Below are positions 26,996 through 36,342 of a DNA stretch of 64,000 bases, piece by piece. Below the pieces are notes generated by a model. The model saw only the letters and a program-made list of their open reading frames with translations. It did no database searches and had not been told where the DNA came from. Numbering within the stretch: position 1 is the first letter of the stretch; every line of letters starts with the position of its first letter. Source of the stretch: a virus. The DNA lies in the IMG/VR virus record IMGVR_UViG_3300028608_000007, positions 1 through 64,000 of that record; one strand, given 5' to 3'. Both the position numbers and the translations under genes were made by a program.

Positions 26996-27739
26996 GTGGA
27001 TAAACCCACCGTCATTGTTGAAACCGTAGCACCCATTCCGCTGGACGTCCTCAAGCGTAAGTTCACCGAAGATATCGAGTTCCATATCGACTACGAGAAC
27101 TCCAGGCTCAAGGGTAAGGTGTTGATCACCTACCTGTCGAACTTGAAGATCAAGTGTCGGTTGATCTTGAATGATCGCGAGACTACGTTGCTGTTGATCC
27201 AAGAGTACCTGAACATTCCGGTACTGGTCGACATGCCTGACCTCGCAGACCACGCCATGAACATGCTGTTGGATTACACCGGCAAGCCAAGTACGGTAGT
27301 GGGTGATCTGGTTGAGTTCTACACGTTCAACCGCGAGATCCTGAACACGTGGGTGCGTCGTCTGTACTCGATGCCGCTGTTTGCCATGTACTGCATGGGC
27401 GACCAGTATCACGAGTACGTCGAAGGTTTCCCGAAAGATGAAGAAGATAACATCGCTGGTATCAACTTCGTCAACCTGCTGCGTCATCCCTTGTTTGCAG
27501 TAATGCTCGAAGGGGTAGAGGAAGACCAGTACACTTGGAACCCTGTGTTCTTCAAGGAGTACATCTTCCAGGGCAACAACCTGTTCCACTATTTCGCCGA
27601 TCGCAACAACCCGCTGTTCATGGGTGTGCTGGCGCTCCAAGACCCTGAGTCGTTCAAGGCTTATAGCACCGCTCTCGCAAACGAGGTGCGTGACTCCCAA
27701 GCCCTTCTGAAAGGTATCGGTTATGTACCATCTCTTTAA
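26996..27739 (+). CDS. Hypothetical protein in radical SAM cluster
   Basis: GTG start with GGAG RBS, 247 aa, overlaps next gene. Confidence 0.7.
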   Translation: MDKPTVIVETVAPIPLDVLKRKFTEDIEFHIDYENSRLKGKVLITYLSNLKIKCRLILNDRETTLLLIQEYLNIPVLVDMPDLADHAMNMLLDYTGKPSTVVGDLVEFYTFNREILNTWVRRLYSMPLFAMYCMGDQYHEYVEGFPKDEEDNIAGINFVNLLRHPLFAVMLEGVEEDQYTWNPVFFKEYIFQGNNLFHYFADRNNPLFMGVLALQDPESFKAYSTALANEVRDSQALLKGIGYVPSL

Positions 27740-28778
27740 CTCGGTGTACGTGGACTCTGAACGCCGTGTCATGCGTGACGTGAATAACATCACCATCTCG
27801 CCTCACATCGGTTACGAGTACTTCCCTGGCCCGAACGAGAAAGCCGGTCGTCAGATTGGTTACGCTCGTACACTCGATGAAGTCGAACCAGCGGTGCTGA
27901 TGGGTTGGCTCAAAGAAGCCATGCTGTCGGAAGAGAAGACCTTCATCTTCTGTGATGGTCCGACCTACCTGCGGCTGTACACCATGCTCGTCAAGTGTCT
28001 GGTGCCTCAGATCGACCTCGAAACTTTCCGCTGGGTTTGGCTGTGCAAGAAGGCTACCTTCAACACGTCCCTGACCAACTGGAAGCAGCCAGGTAACAAC
28101 GTCCTTGAAGGCGTGGTGATCAACAACGAGGTCATCCTCGATCTGGCTGAGTTCGAAGACCCGCTGCAAGGCCCGTTCAACGAACTGATGGCTGGCGATG
28201 ATGAAATCGTATCGCTGGAATGGCACATCTTCCGTCTGGCGGCGGTGGGCTACACTGGCATCGTACCAAAGCGTCTGAAGAACATCCTGCGTCGTATCGC
28301 TCTGGCGAACACTCACGATGCACTGGACGTTTGGGGTCGTGTGATCACTGATCCGTCGAACTGGGAATACGCTGGCGCTGATCTGGACACTCTGCTGAAT
28401 GCCCCATCGGTATTCGAAGGTGCCTTGAACATGCACTACACCAACAATCCGATCTTCTTGAAGCCTGGGCTGTTCGTGAAGTTCCCACAAGACCAGTGGC
28501 TGTGCAACCTGCTCGAAGAACTGCAACCGTTGCTCGAACGCATCGGTGAAGGTCCAACGGCTAAGCGGACGACCAAGATCCTGATGTTCTTGCAAGACCG
28601 CAATCCGCTGAATGATCCTGGTGCCTGCTTGCAGCGCTGCCGTGACATCTTCACTGGACCTGACCGCCTGGCCATGCCAAACCGGGACTCGAGCAAGTAC
28701 GACGAGAACCTGATCCGTTACATCCTAAGTCGTGACCAGAAAGATCTGGCGCGCATGTTTGAAGGGGCAACTTGGTGA
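27723..28778 (+). CDS. Hypothetical protein in radical SAM cluster
   Basis: 351 aa, overlaps both neighbours. Confidence 0.7.
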   Translation: MYHLFNSVYVDSERRVMRDVNNITISPHIGYEYFPGPNEKAGRQIGYARTLDEVEPAVLMGWLKEAMLSEEKTFIFCDGPTYLRLYTMLVKCLVPQIDLETFRWVWLCKKATFNTSLTNWKQPGNNVLEGVVINNEVILDLAEFEDPLQGPFNELMAGDDEIVSLEWHIFRLAAVGYTGIVPKRLKNILRRIALANTHDALDVWGRVITDPSNWEYAGADLDTLLNAPSVFEGALNMHYTNNPIFLKPGLFVKFPQDQWLCNLLEELQPLLERIGEGPTAKRTTKILMFLQDRNPLNDPGACLQRCRDIFTGPDRLAMPNRDSSKYDENLIRYILSRDQKDLARMFEGATW

Positions 28779-29785
28779 ATCTAATCCCGGTGGTAGACGT
28801 ACTCGCTGAGAAGAAAGGGCCGACGAAAGAAGCGCACTTGATCCTCTTCGAGAAATGTAATCTGCGTTGCTCGTTCTGCCACCAGGACCACGATTCTACC
28901 GTTGGTCTTGATGCTGAGGAGATCATGCGTAAGGGGATCAAGCTCGTTGAGCAATCGGACCTCGAAGCACCGATCGTAATCAACATCACTGGCGGCGAGT
29001 TGTTCACGGACGACATCGAAGACTGGATGTTTGGGTACTACCATGCGCTGGGTGAGTACCTGTTGAATAACTTCAAGCGTGTCAAGTTGGTCTACGGGAC
29101 TAACTTGGTGTACGAAAACGTGTGGCGCGTTGAACGCATGATGATCATGCTGAACAACCTGTGCGACAAGGACAAGCAGGAAGTTGTCTTAGCGACGTCA
29201 TACGACCCCGCAGGCCGGTTTAACCCAGCCCAGCGGGAATTGTTCTTCAAGAACTTGGATCGTGTTGGCATGTGGGTCGACACGGTAAACGTAGTGATCA
29301 CGAGACAGAACATCGACGTCTTCCTGAACGACCGCGAGGGCGTTGAGGTGAAAGATCTGGCGTACGACTACGATCTGTATTTTGATCATTACATACCAAG
29401 CGAAAGATATGAAGAGCACCAACCTACCGAGTCACAGATCCGTCAACTGTATTTGAAGTTGGCTGAGCGGTATCCTAACTCGTATCCCATAAAAGCCTGG
29501 AAAGAACAGCGCTTTAATGACACGACCTGCCGTTCCACCAAGATCATCAACAAAGATGGTGTGGTGACTACGTGTTGGTCGGAAGCGGGTAAGGATGCGG
29601 TCCTCGACGAAGGGCAAGGGTTGGCTGCGAAACATGCGGCTGAAGAACGATTCATCGAACACTACGGGTGTCTGTCGTGTGAGTATTACCAACGCTGCGG
29701 TTTGCGTTGCTTCCTCCACCACAGCTTTATCGAAGGCTCTTCCAAAGAGTGCGAGATCAAGCTCCTGTTCGACGAAATCTTGTAG
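28772..29785 (+). CDS. Radical SAM protein 2 (with C-terminal Cys cluster)
   Basis: CNLRCSFC, TGGELF, C-terminal CLSCEYYQRCGLRC..C. Confidence 0.92.
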   Translation: MVNLIPVVDVLAEKKGPTKEAHLILFEKCNLRCSFCHQDHDSTVGLDAEEIMRKGIKLVEQSDLEAPIVINITGGELFTDDIEDWMFGYYHALGEYLLNNFKRVKLVYGTNLVYENVWRVERMMIMLNNLCDKDKQEVVLATSYDPAGRFNPAQRELFFKNLDRVGMWVDTVNVVITRQNIDVFLNDREGVEVKDLAYDYDLYFDHYIPSERYEEHQPTESQIRQLYLKLAERYPNSYPIKAWKEQRFNDTTCRSTKIINKDGVVTTCWSEAGKDAVLDEGQGLAAKHAAEERFIEHYGCLSCEYYQRCGLRCFLHHSFIEGSSKECEIKLLFDEIL

Positions 29786-29790
29786 CCCAG

Positions 29791-29822
29791 GGCCGGTGGT
29801 AAAAGCCACCGGCTTTGTGCCG
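29791..29822 (+). terminator. Internal hairpin + TTTGTGCCG (variant terminator-like element)
   Basis: GGCCGGTGGT-AAAA-GCCACCGGCT stem in the only sizeable gap inside the cluster. Confidence 0.55.
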
Positions 29823-29839
29823 TCCTTAAGGGGAAACCT

Positions 29840-30931
29840 GTGAACCTGATTATTAAGCCGACTGTCAACTGTAACTTCAAGTGTACGTTCTGCTCGAGCA
29901 CACACTTGTCAGAAGAGGCTAAGGACATCGTCGAGTTGGAAGACATTGAACGCTTCCTCGTACGCTACCCTGAAACCCAAACCATCATTGTTAACGGTGG
30001 CGACCCTCTGATGATGCCCCCTAAGTACTACTGGGACATGATCGCAATCCTCGACCGTCTGGAGATGGATAACTGTACGATCTCGTTCACCACTAACCTC
30101 TGGGCGTTCCACAAGAAGCCCGAGCTGTGGACTGAACTGTTCCGCCACGAACGTATCGGCGTAACCACCTCGTTCCAATACGGTGACAAACGTCTCAAGG
30201 GAGACCGAACCCCGTTCACCGAGAAAGAGTTCCTTGAGATCTCTGACCAGTTCTTGGAGCTGGTAGGTTATCGCCCTGACTTCATTGCGGTGATTGACCA
30301 AGACAACGTTGACTCCGTCATGAACACCGTGAACCTTGCTAAGCTCCTAGGGATCGAAGCGAAGATCAACTACGTGTCTGCCTCAGGACCTGAGGTGAAC
30401 AACCGTGGTGTGATCATGGGGAGCATCAACAACTTCTACACCCAAGCTGACATGTACGAACAGTATGTGGCGATCTATGATGCAGGTTTAGGGGAATGGG
30501 AGTACAACACCAAACAGATGGCACGCCGTTTGAAACACGGTAACACCACGTGTCCTCTGTCTCGTAACTGCGACTCTGGAATCCGTGCACTCCAACCGGG
30601 TCGTAACTACTACTCGTGCGGTAGCTTCGGCGATGATGGCGAATACCCTATCTCGTTTGAAGCCGAAATGCAGGGTCAGTTCTTTACCCCGCTGCAAGAA
30701 GCGTTTGAAATCGACACGATGAAGAACGCGTGTTACGAGTGCCCGATGTTCAGCATTTGTAATGGTTGCCGCAAGACTATCGCTGACACCAAACGGTTTG
30801 GGTTGGTTGAACACCATTGCAAGAAGATGAAGTCCCTCGCTCCACGTATCATCGAGATCAACGGAATGGCTGGGTTGATTGAACCCACCCCGTACGTTGA
30901 TGAATCCGTCCAGATTATCGCAAGAGGTTAA
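29840..30931 (+). CDS. Radical SAM/SPASM protein 3 (anSME-like)
   Basis: IIKPTVNCNFKCTFC, NGGDPL, CPLSRNC..C..CYECPMFSICNGC. Confidence 0.92.
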   Translation: MNLIIKPTVNCNFKCTFCSSTHLSEEAKDIVELEDIERFLVRYPETQTIIVNGGDPLMMPPKYYWDMIAILDRLEMDNCTISFTTNLWAFHKKPELWTELFRHERIGVTTSFQYGDKRLKGDRTPFTEKEFLEISDQFLELVGYRPDFIAVIDQDNVDSVMNTVNLAKLLGIEAKINYVSASGPEVNNRGVIMGSINNFYTQADMYEQYVAIYDAGLGEWEYNTKQMARRLKHGNTTCPLSRNCDSGIRALQPGRNYYSCGSFGDDGEYPISFEAEMQGQFFTPLQEAFEIDTMKNACYECPMFSICNGCRKTIADTKRFGLVEHHCKKMKSLAPRIIEINGMAGLIEPTPYVDESVQIIARG

Positions 30932-30932
30932 C

Positions 30933-31349
30933 ATGACTGTAGTAGTGAATGAAAACGTAACACTGATCAGTGGACCACTCGACAGTAGCGGTGGCGGTAC
31001 AGATTACCACTGCTGTCACCTCGATGGCGAACCACTGGTTGATCAGGTAGAACAGTTCAACGGCAAGAACATCACTGTGCGTTACTGGGTTAGCAGTACC
31101 CCACTGACCAGCGTGGAAGAAGCCGACGAACAAACCCTGAAACAGGTTATGGGTTTCCTCGACGCCGATATCAGTCACAGCTACTCCGACGTCACTGGGT
31201 ATCTCTGGACCGACGAACACTTGAAGGTCGGTGGCCACAACGTCCTGGAGGAAATCTGGGAGCTGTGTAACAACGGTCGTTGGGTTGACGGCAAGTACGT
31301 AGACATCTACCTCCTGATGGAAATCACGGTCCATGAAGAGCCCAATTAA
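30933..31349 (+). CDS. Acidic hypothetical protein in radical SAM cluster
   Basis: ATG at 30933 after GAGG gives 138 aa; overlaps next gene. Confidence 0.65.
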   Translation: MTVVVNENVTLISGPLDSSGGGTDYHCCHLDGEPLVDQVEQFNGKNITVRYWVSSTPLTSVEEADEQTLKQVMGFLDADISHSYSDVTGYLWTDEHLKVGGHNVLEEIWELCNNGRWVDGKYVDIYLLMEITVHEEPN

Positions 31350-32292
31350 CCTCAGTGTTAACCTCACCTACTACTGCAACTTTAAGTGTGGGTTCTGTTA
31401 CCTCACGCCAGAGCAGTTGAGAGACCGCCAACGCCTTCCGTTAGACCTACTCGAGCAAAGACTCGATGAAGTCATGGCGCAGTACGAGATCCACCACGTT
31501 GACCTTTACGGCGGTGAGGTCATGGTGCTGCCGAAGGAATACTTGTTCGAGGTTCGTGACATCCTCCACAGTCGTGGGATTGATGACATCGTACTGGTAA
31601 CCAACGGTTCCATCATGAACGAAGTCACCGCATGTGAAGACTTCGATTTAACGGTCTCCTACGACCTCTCTGCACGTGAGAAGAGCGATCAGGTACTGTC
31701 CAACCTCTTTATGCTCGATCGGCCTTATACGCTGCTTACGCTGGCTTCCAGAGCGTTCTTGGATACCGTTTCGGTAGACGACTATGTGAACGAGCTGAAT
31801 ATGCTCAATCGCATGAAGTGTGCTGAGATAAAACCGTACTCCACCAACCAAGCTAACCAACACCGGGTCTCGTACAAAGAGTATGAAGACTTCGTGTGGG
31901 CTGTGATCACTCACCCTAACCGTCAGTTCTATTTTGAGAACCGTACACAGGTGAAGGAAGCGGTTGAAGGTGTGCGTAATGCTTACAGTGACGATCACTT
32001 GTACATCACCCCTGAGGGTGAGTTTGCAGTGCTGGAGTTCGATCACAAAGACCATGAGTTCTTCTTGCGCATGGATTCGTTACATGACTACCGTAACTGG
32101 TGTCAGGTTGAGCGATTCCGCGTAGAAGGCAATCTGTTCTGCGGCGCGTGTCCTTACAAAGGAAACTGTCTGTCGGAACACTTACGCGATGTGAAGTCCT
32201 TGGACAACTCCTGTAACGGGTTCCGAGGACTCTTAGACAGGTGGGCTGAACATGCAAGTACAACACCGACAGCGCCTGGAGATCACCCTTGA
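31333..32292 (+). CDS. Radical SAM protein 4
   Basis: CNFKCGFC, YGGEV, C-terminal CGACPYKGNC..C. Confidence 0.92.
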   Translation: MKSPINLSVNLTYYCNFKCGFCYLTPEQLRDRQRLPLDLLEQRLDEVMAQYEIHHVDLYGGEVMVLPKEYLFEVRDILHSRGIDDIVLVTNGSIMNEVTACEDFDLTVSYDLSAREKSDQVLSNLFMLDRPYTLLTLASRAFLDTVSVDDYVNELNMLNRMKCAEIKPYSTNQANQHRVSYKEYEDFVWAVITHPNRQFYFENRTQVKEAVEGVRNAYSDDHLYITPEGEFAVLEFDHKDHEFFLRMDSLHDYRNWCQVERFRVEGNLFCGACPYKGNCLSEHLRDVKSLDNSCNGFRGLLDRWAEHASTTPTAPGDHP

Positions 32293-33268
32293 CATCTTTC
32301 GAGGGTGTGGTCACTCCTGTGCAGGCTGCATGATTGACAAACAACTAGGGGGTGAGGTTTCAGACATCCCTGAGTTGCTGCTGTTGATCCAAGAGATGGA
32401 AGCTGTGGGTTACGTACCCTTTGACTTAGGTGTCGGACCTACAGACTACATGACCTCGAACAACGTACAAGACGTGATGGGCAACGAGACCTTCCAAGAG
32501 ATGGCTCAGTTGTTCCATCAGGTGACCTTCAACGCTGCGTTCTTGGAAAAGGATCTGGACAAGTACTCCGAGATGTGCCAAGACATTGATCTGGCGTGTC
32601 CCGGTAAGCCTATCCGGTTCCTCATTCCAGCAGCCCCCACCTTCTTCAAGAACGACAAGTTTGGCAACATGATTGAAGCCAAGCTTAATCACTGTAAAGA
32701 AGCTTTCCAGTCAGCCTTCTTGAATGAGGCAGGCTTTGTCGTAACGTGTAACCATGAGACGATGGATGAGAACTTCGACCAGTTGATTCGACGCGGGATG
32801 GATGTTGAATTCCCAGTGGACAAAGACGACATCCTCAACATTCCGTATGGTCGCTCCAAGAACCTGGACCTAATGGTGTCTCAACGGGTCTTACGTGTCT
32901 CCCACGCCATCAGTGAGTTCTATGCAGGGCTTTCTGGTGAGGACGAGCGTCGTCGTAACCCTGATTTGCACTACGACACAGGGACGATGGTTAACTTGTT
33001 GTACACAGGTGGGAAGCTGTATTGGGTTCCCTTCCTTAAAGACGACTGTCCGTTCATTCACGACGAGTTTGTGATCCCAAGGCCCTGGACTATGTCTAAC
33101 CTCTTGCGCGTGCGTAACGAGGCTATGGAGCGTTCTGTAGAGTACCTCAAAGATACCAAGTGTCTTGAGTGTGTACACTTCGCTAGCTGCATGGAGAAGG
33201 GCATCAGCACCATCATGCAGAAGCTGTCGATTCGTGATTGCTTGGTGGGCTTAGATCATGTTTCCTGA
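32252..33268 (+). CDS. Divergent radical SAM-like protein 5
   Basis: CGHSCAGC (CxxxCxxC) near N-terminus, C-terminal CLECVHFASC..C. Confidence 0.75.
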   Translation: MQVQHRQRLEITLDIFRGCGHSCAGCMIDKQLGGEVSDIPELLLLIQEMEAVGYVPFDLGVGPTDYMTSNNVQDVMGNETFQEMAQLFHQVTFNAAFLEKDLDKYSEMCQDIDLACPGKPIRFLIPAAPTFFKNDKFGNMIEAKLNHCKEAFQSAFLNEAGFVVTCNHETMDENFDQLIRRGMDVEFPVDKDDILNIPYGRSKNLDLMVSQRVLRVSHAISEFYAGLSGEDERRRNPDLHYDTGTMVNLLYTGGKLYWVPFLKDDCPFIHDEFVIPRPWTMSNLLRVRNEAMERSVEYLKDTKCLECVHFASCMEKGISTIMQKLSIRDCLVGLDHVS

Positions 33269-34295
33269 GCTGATCGGCATGTCCTTAAACCTGAACCTTG
33301 AGATCCTCACCGGGTGTGGGTTCAGTTGTCCTGGCTGTACTGTGGAGAAGAACTTTGCACCGTTCGAGTTACCAGCCGCCGATACACAAGCGCTCGAAGC
33401 TTTCGTACTCGACCTCCGGGCGCAACAGTGGAGGCTCCTCGAGTTCAAAGTCGGGCCCACTGATATTTGTAGTTCTGATAACGGCTTTGCTGCTCTGGGT
33501 CACCCATTAGTCAAAACCTTGGCTCAACATTACAAAGCGTTGAACATCAACCTTGCGATGTTGAGTACTCGAGGCTTTGAAGAGTTAGCGCCGTTGCTCG
33601 ATGCGTTGATGCCCGGTAAGAAGCTCTCTGTGACGGTTCCAATGACGTTGAAGAACATTGGTAACCCAAAGTACCGGGCTGTGTTGAAAGAGCATGTAAC
33701 GTACTTTAAGAGCCTTCTGAAAGAGGTGGACTTTAACCGGGTGTACGCAGGGTTCAACGTGGTCGAGGAAAACCTCACCCACTTGGATCTTGAACACTAC
33801 GAGTTAGCCCACACACTGGACCTAGGTAACGTAGGGATCGTGGTGGAGTTCCCGTTTGCTCACTCACGCCAAGGGTTCAACAACCTCTTGAACGTCGAGA
33901 AGTTCAAACGTGATCTGGCGGTGTACTCTGAGTTCGCTAAAGCGCGAGTCAACACTCAGATGTTCCGTCCTTTGCAACCTGCGATCTTGGAAGGTTTTGA
34001 ATTCACGTACCGAGGCGGTAGTTTGTACACCACTCCGGTACTGATCGAAAACTTCCCAATCTTCCATCCTGACTTTGAGTTACCCAGACCATGGACCTCC
34101 GAGTCTGTATTAGCTTACAAACAGGAGAGATACTACGATAACCTGATCGAGTATGCCGAGCACCCCGAGTGTGGGAATTGCTGTTTCCTCGATCATTGTG
34201 CACGCGGTGACGTCCATCGCATCATGAAACTGATTGGGAAAGACACATGTCTGACAAACACCCGCAATCGGAGCGACCTGTTAATCCCGGAGTAG
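33258..34295 (+). CDS. Divergent radical SAM-like protein 6 (paralog of protein 5)
   Basis: CGFSCPGC, VGPTD, C-terminal CGNCCFLDHC..C. Confidence 0.75.
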   Translation: MFPELIGMSLNLNLEILTGCGFSCPGCTVEKNFAPFELPAADTQALEAFVLDLRAQQWRLLEFKVGPTDICSSDNGFAALGHPLVKTLAQHYKALNINLAMLSTRGFEELAPLLDALMPGKKLSVTVPMTLKNIGNPKYRAVLKEHVTYFKSLLKEVDFNRVYAGFNVVEENLTHLDLEHYELAHTLDLGNVGIVVEFPFAHSRQGFNNLLNVEKFKRDLAVYSEFAKARVNTQMFRPLQPAILEGFEFTYRGGSLYTTPVLIENFPIFHPDFELPRPWTSESVLAYKQERYYDNLIEYAEHPECGNCCFLDHCARGDVHRIMKLIGKDTCLTNTRNRSDLLIPE

Positions 34296-34741
34296 AGGGT
34301 AACTTCCCCATCATCTTGGACTATATCAGGTTCCCAGAAAACCTTCCTGACCTAGCTCTCTGTCAAACCAACAAAGAGTTTATCACGGACCCTGAGATCA
34401 ACGACTACGTCACCACCCATCTCTTGTCTCAAGTGCGCGAGAGGGTAAAGGTGGACGAAGGTTACGAGCTACATGCTTGCGCCAATCACGTTCATATCGG
34501 CGACCAAGGGATCAACATCCACGATCATCAACCTCACGCTCTGACGTCTGTCCTCTTCTTGACGCAGTCTGATGGCATGCTGGTCTTGCATGAAGATCCC
34601 GTCACTCCTGGTCAAGCTATCAAGCCTAAACCGGGACGCTTTGTAATCATGAAGGGAACCACGCTCCATCAAGTATTCCCTTCTCCCATGCCTGAACTTC
34701 GAATTACTTTGGTGTCCAACTATGAATGTCGCCGTCCATAA
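34247..34741 (+). CDS. Putative 2OG-Fe(II) oxygenase
   Basis: IHDH...SVLFL...LHQV...RITLVSN (HxH..H..R) double-stranded beta-helix pattern. Confidence 0.65.
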   Translation: MSDKHPQSERPVNPGVEGNFPIILDYIRFPENLPDLALCQTNKEFITDPEINDYVTTHLLSQVRERVKVDEGYELHACANHVHIGDQGINIHDHQPHALTSVLFLTQSDGMLVLHEDPVTPGQAIKPKPGRFVIMKGTTLHQVFPSPMPELRITLVSNYECRRP

Positions 34742-35159
34742 GCAGTATCAAGAGTTGTACGCCTCGGTTGTCCAAGAACACTCTGACGACTTCTCGAAGA
34801 TGTTGTTTGTTGAAGACGGAGAGTTGGTGGAGAACGCCAAGCAGTACTTCCTCAAGGCTGAGTTCCCGTTGATCTATCCAGCCAAGTCGATGGCAGTAGC
34901 AGTGATCTACGCTCTGTTGCTGGAAGAGACCTACGCGATCAATCCGTTTGATTCGTTGAAGGACCCTGACTTGTTCTTAGGACAAGACCCCTACTTCGAA
35001 CCGTATGACAAACATCCGAATGAGTACGACCAGTTGCTCGAGTGGGTACTCAGCCATGACAACTGGAAGGAGCTAGGTTGGGCTCCGAAGACCTGTGAGT
35101 ACTTCCGTTTGGAGTGCACCGCAGAAGGCATTCAAGAAGTGATGGAGAACCTCGGATGA
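34722..35159 (+). CDS. Hypothetical protein in radical SAM cluster
   Basis: 145 aa, overlaps both neighbours. Confidence 0.65.
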   Translation: MNVAVHKQYQELYASVVQEHSDDFSKMLFVEDGELVENAKQYFLKAEFPLIYPAKSMAVAVIYALLLEETYAINPFDSLKDPDLFLGQDPYFEPYDKHPNEYDQLLEWVLSHDNWKELGWAPKTCEYFRLECTAEGIQEVMENLG

Positions 35160-35716
35160 ACATTATCCAACCTTGGCAGACCCCGCTTGGTCATTCGAAC
35201 TTTGCTCAGTGTTTGGACCTCACCGCACTCAAAGATGAGATCGGTGCGCTGGCACTGATGTCAGACCAAGAAGACGGTGGACAGCGTTACGTCAATGACT
35301 ACTCGACGTTCCCCAACATCGTTCACTTGATCCGTGACATCATCGACCATGAGGTCAAAGAGTACGTCCAGAAAATGTGGGACTACAACCTCGGTGACTT
35401 CCGTCGGGAAACCAACGCCAAGTGGATTCCACCGGGTGAGGGTCTGTACCCGCACTACCACCCTGGTTCACAGATGTCGGCGATCTTCTACCCGGAAGAC
35501 TCTCCATCAGGGTTGGCGATGTTTGATCCACGAGGTAATGCGTGTCGTGGTTATCCCAAACCGATCCGCAATCGCTTCATGGCTCCGCACCTGATCTCTC
35601 CTGCGGCGGGTGATCTGTGGATCTTCCCTTCCTTCGTACAACACAGCGTCTCCTACGTGAAAGAGGACACGCGGCTTTCTATGTTGTGTGAATACTACTT
35701 CTCTGACGAGCGCTAA
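35156..35716 (+). CDS. 2OG-Fe(II) oxygenase (TIGR02466/PF13759-like)
   Basis: ATGA-coupled start; PHYHP..SAIFYP..FDPRG..GDLWIFPSFVQHSV..RLS. Confidence 0.8.
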   Translation: MNIIQPWQTPLGHSNFAQCLDLTALKDEIGALALMSDQEDGGQRYVNDYSTFPNIVHLIRDIIDHEVKEYVQKMWDYNLGDFRRETNAKWIPPGEGLYPHYHPGSQMSAIFYPEDSPSGLAMFDPRGNACRGYPKPIRNRFMAPHLISPAAGDLWIFPSFVQHSVSYVKEDTRLSMLCEYYFSDER

Positions 35717-35718
35717 CC

Positions 35719-36273
35719 ATGGAACTGATTCAACCCTGGAACACGTCTATCTTCAAAGGTAACGTGTCCCACATGTGCAACGTGGAAGACATCGCTAACG
35801 AGATCCTGACTCTCCACAGTCTGTCTCCACAAGAGTCCACCACCCCTCACAAAGTCACTCCCGAAGAGTTCCCAGCTCTGTGCGACTTCCGCGATCGCGT
35901 CGTGACCAATCTGGTTAAGGAGTTTGCATGGCAGACCATGCACTTCGACTTGACCGAGTTCACTGTCGATACGTTCGGTAAGTGGTTTGCTAAAGGTTCT
36001 GACCTGGCCCCACACGTTCACGGTAGCACTGGTTTCACCACCATCTTCTACCCGGACGATTACGAATCGGGGATGATGATCTTCGACCCTCGTGGGAATG
36101 CTTCGCGTGGCTATCCTCGCAAGATTCGCGACGAACACTTCGCTCCGTACACCGTGTACCCGAAGAAGGGTGACCTGTACATCCTGCCTTCGTTCCTGCA
36201 ACACTACGTGCCGACCGTGAAAGACGATCTGCGCCTGTCGCTGATCAACGACTACATGTTCAAGTCGATCTAG
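35719..36273 (+). CDS. 2OG-Fe(II) oxygenase (paralog of previous gene)
   Basis: PHVH..TTIFYP..FDPRG..GDLYILPSFLQHYV..RLS. Confidence 0.8.
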   Translation: MELIQPWNTSIFKGNVSHMCNVEDIANEILTLHSLSPQESTTPHKVTPEEFPALCDFRDRVVTNLVKEFAWQTMHFDLTEFTVDTFGKWFAKGSDLAPHVHGSTGFTTIFYPDDYESGMMIFDPRGNASRGYPRKIRDEHFAPYTVYPKKGDLYILPSFLQHYVPTVKDDLRLSLINDYMFKSI

Positions 36274-36275
36274 CT

Positions 36276-36303
36276 AGAGGGCCCTCCGGGGCCCTTTATG
36301 CCG
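36276..36303 (+). terminator. Hairpin + TTTATGCCG ending the radical SAM cluster
   Basis: AGGGCCC-TCCG-GGGCCCT stem directly after last oxygenase. Confidence 0.7.
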
Positions 36304-36342
36304 TCAATCTTATGTAGACTTTTAATCCTCGAGGGGACCAGT

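Noticed and set aside
24885-36273. Cluster as a queuosine/7-deazaguanine, MoaA or anaerobic RNR-activase pathway
   Set aside because: No FolE, QueC, QueD, DpdA, NrdD or Moa partner genes recognisable; SPASM-like tails and a Cys-rich small protein fit protein modification better
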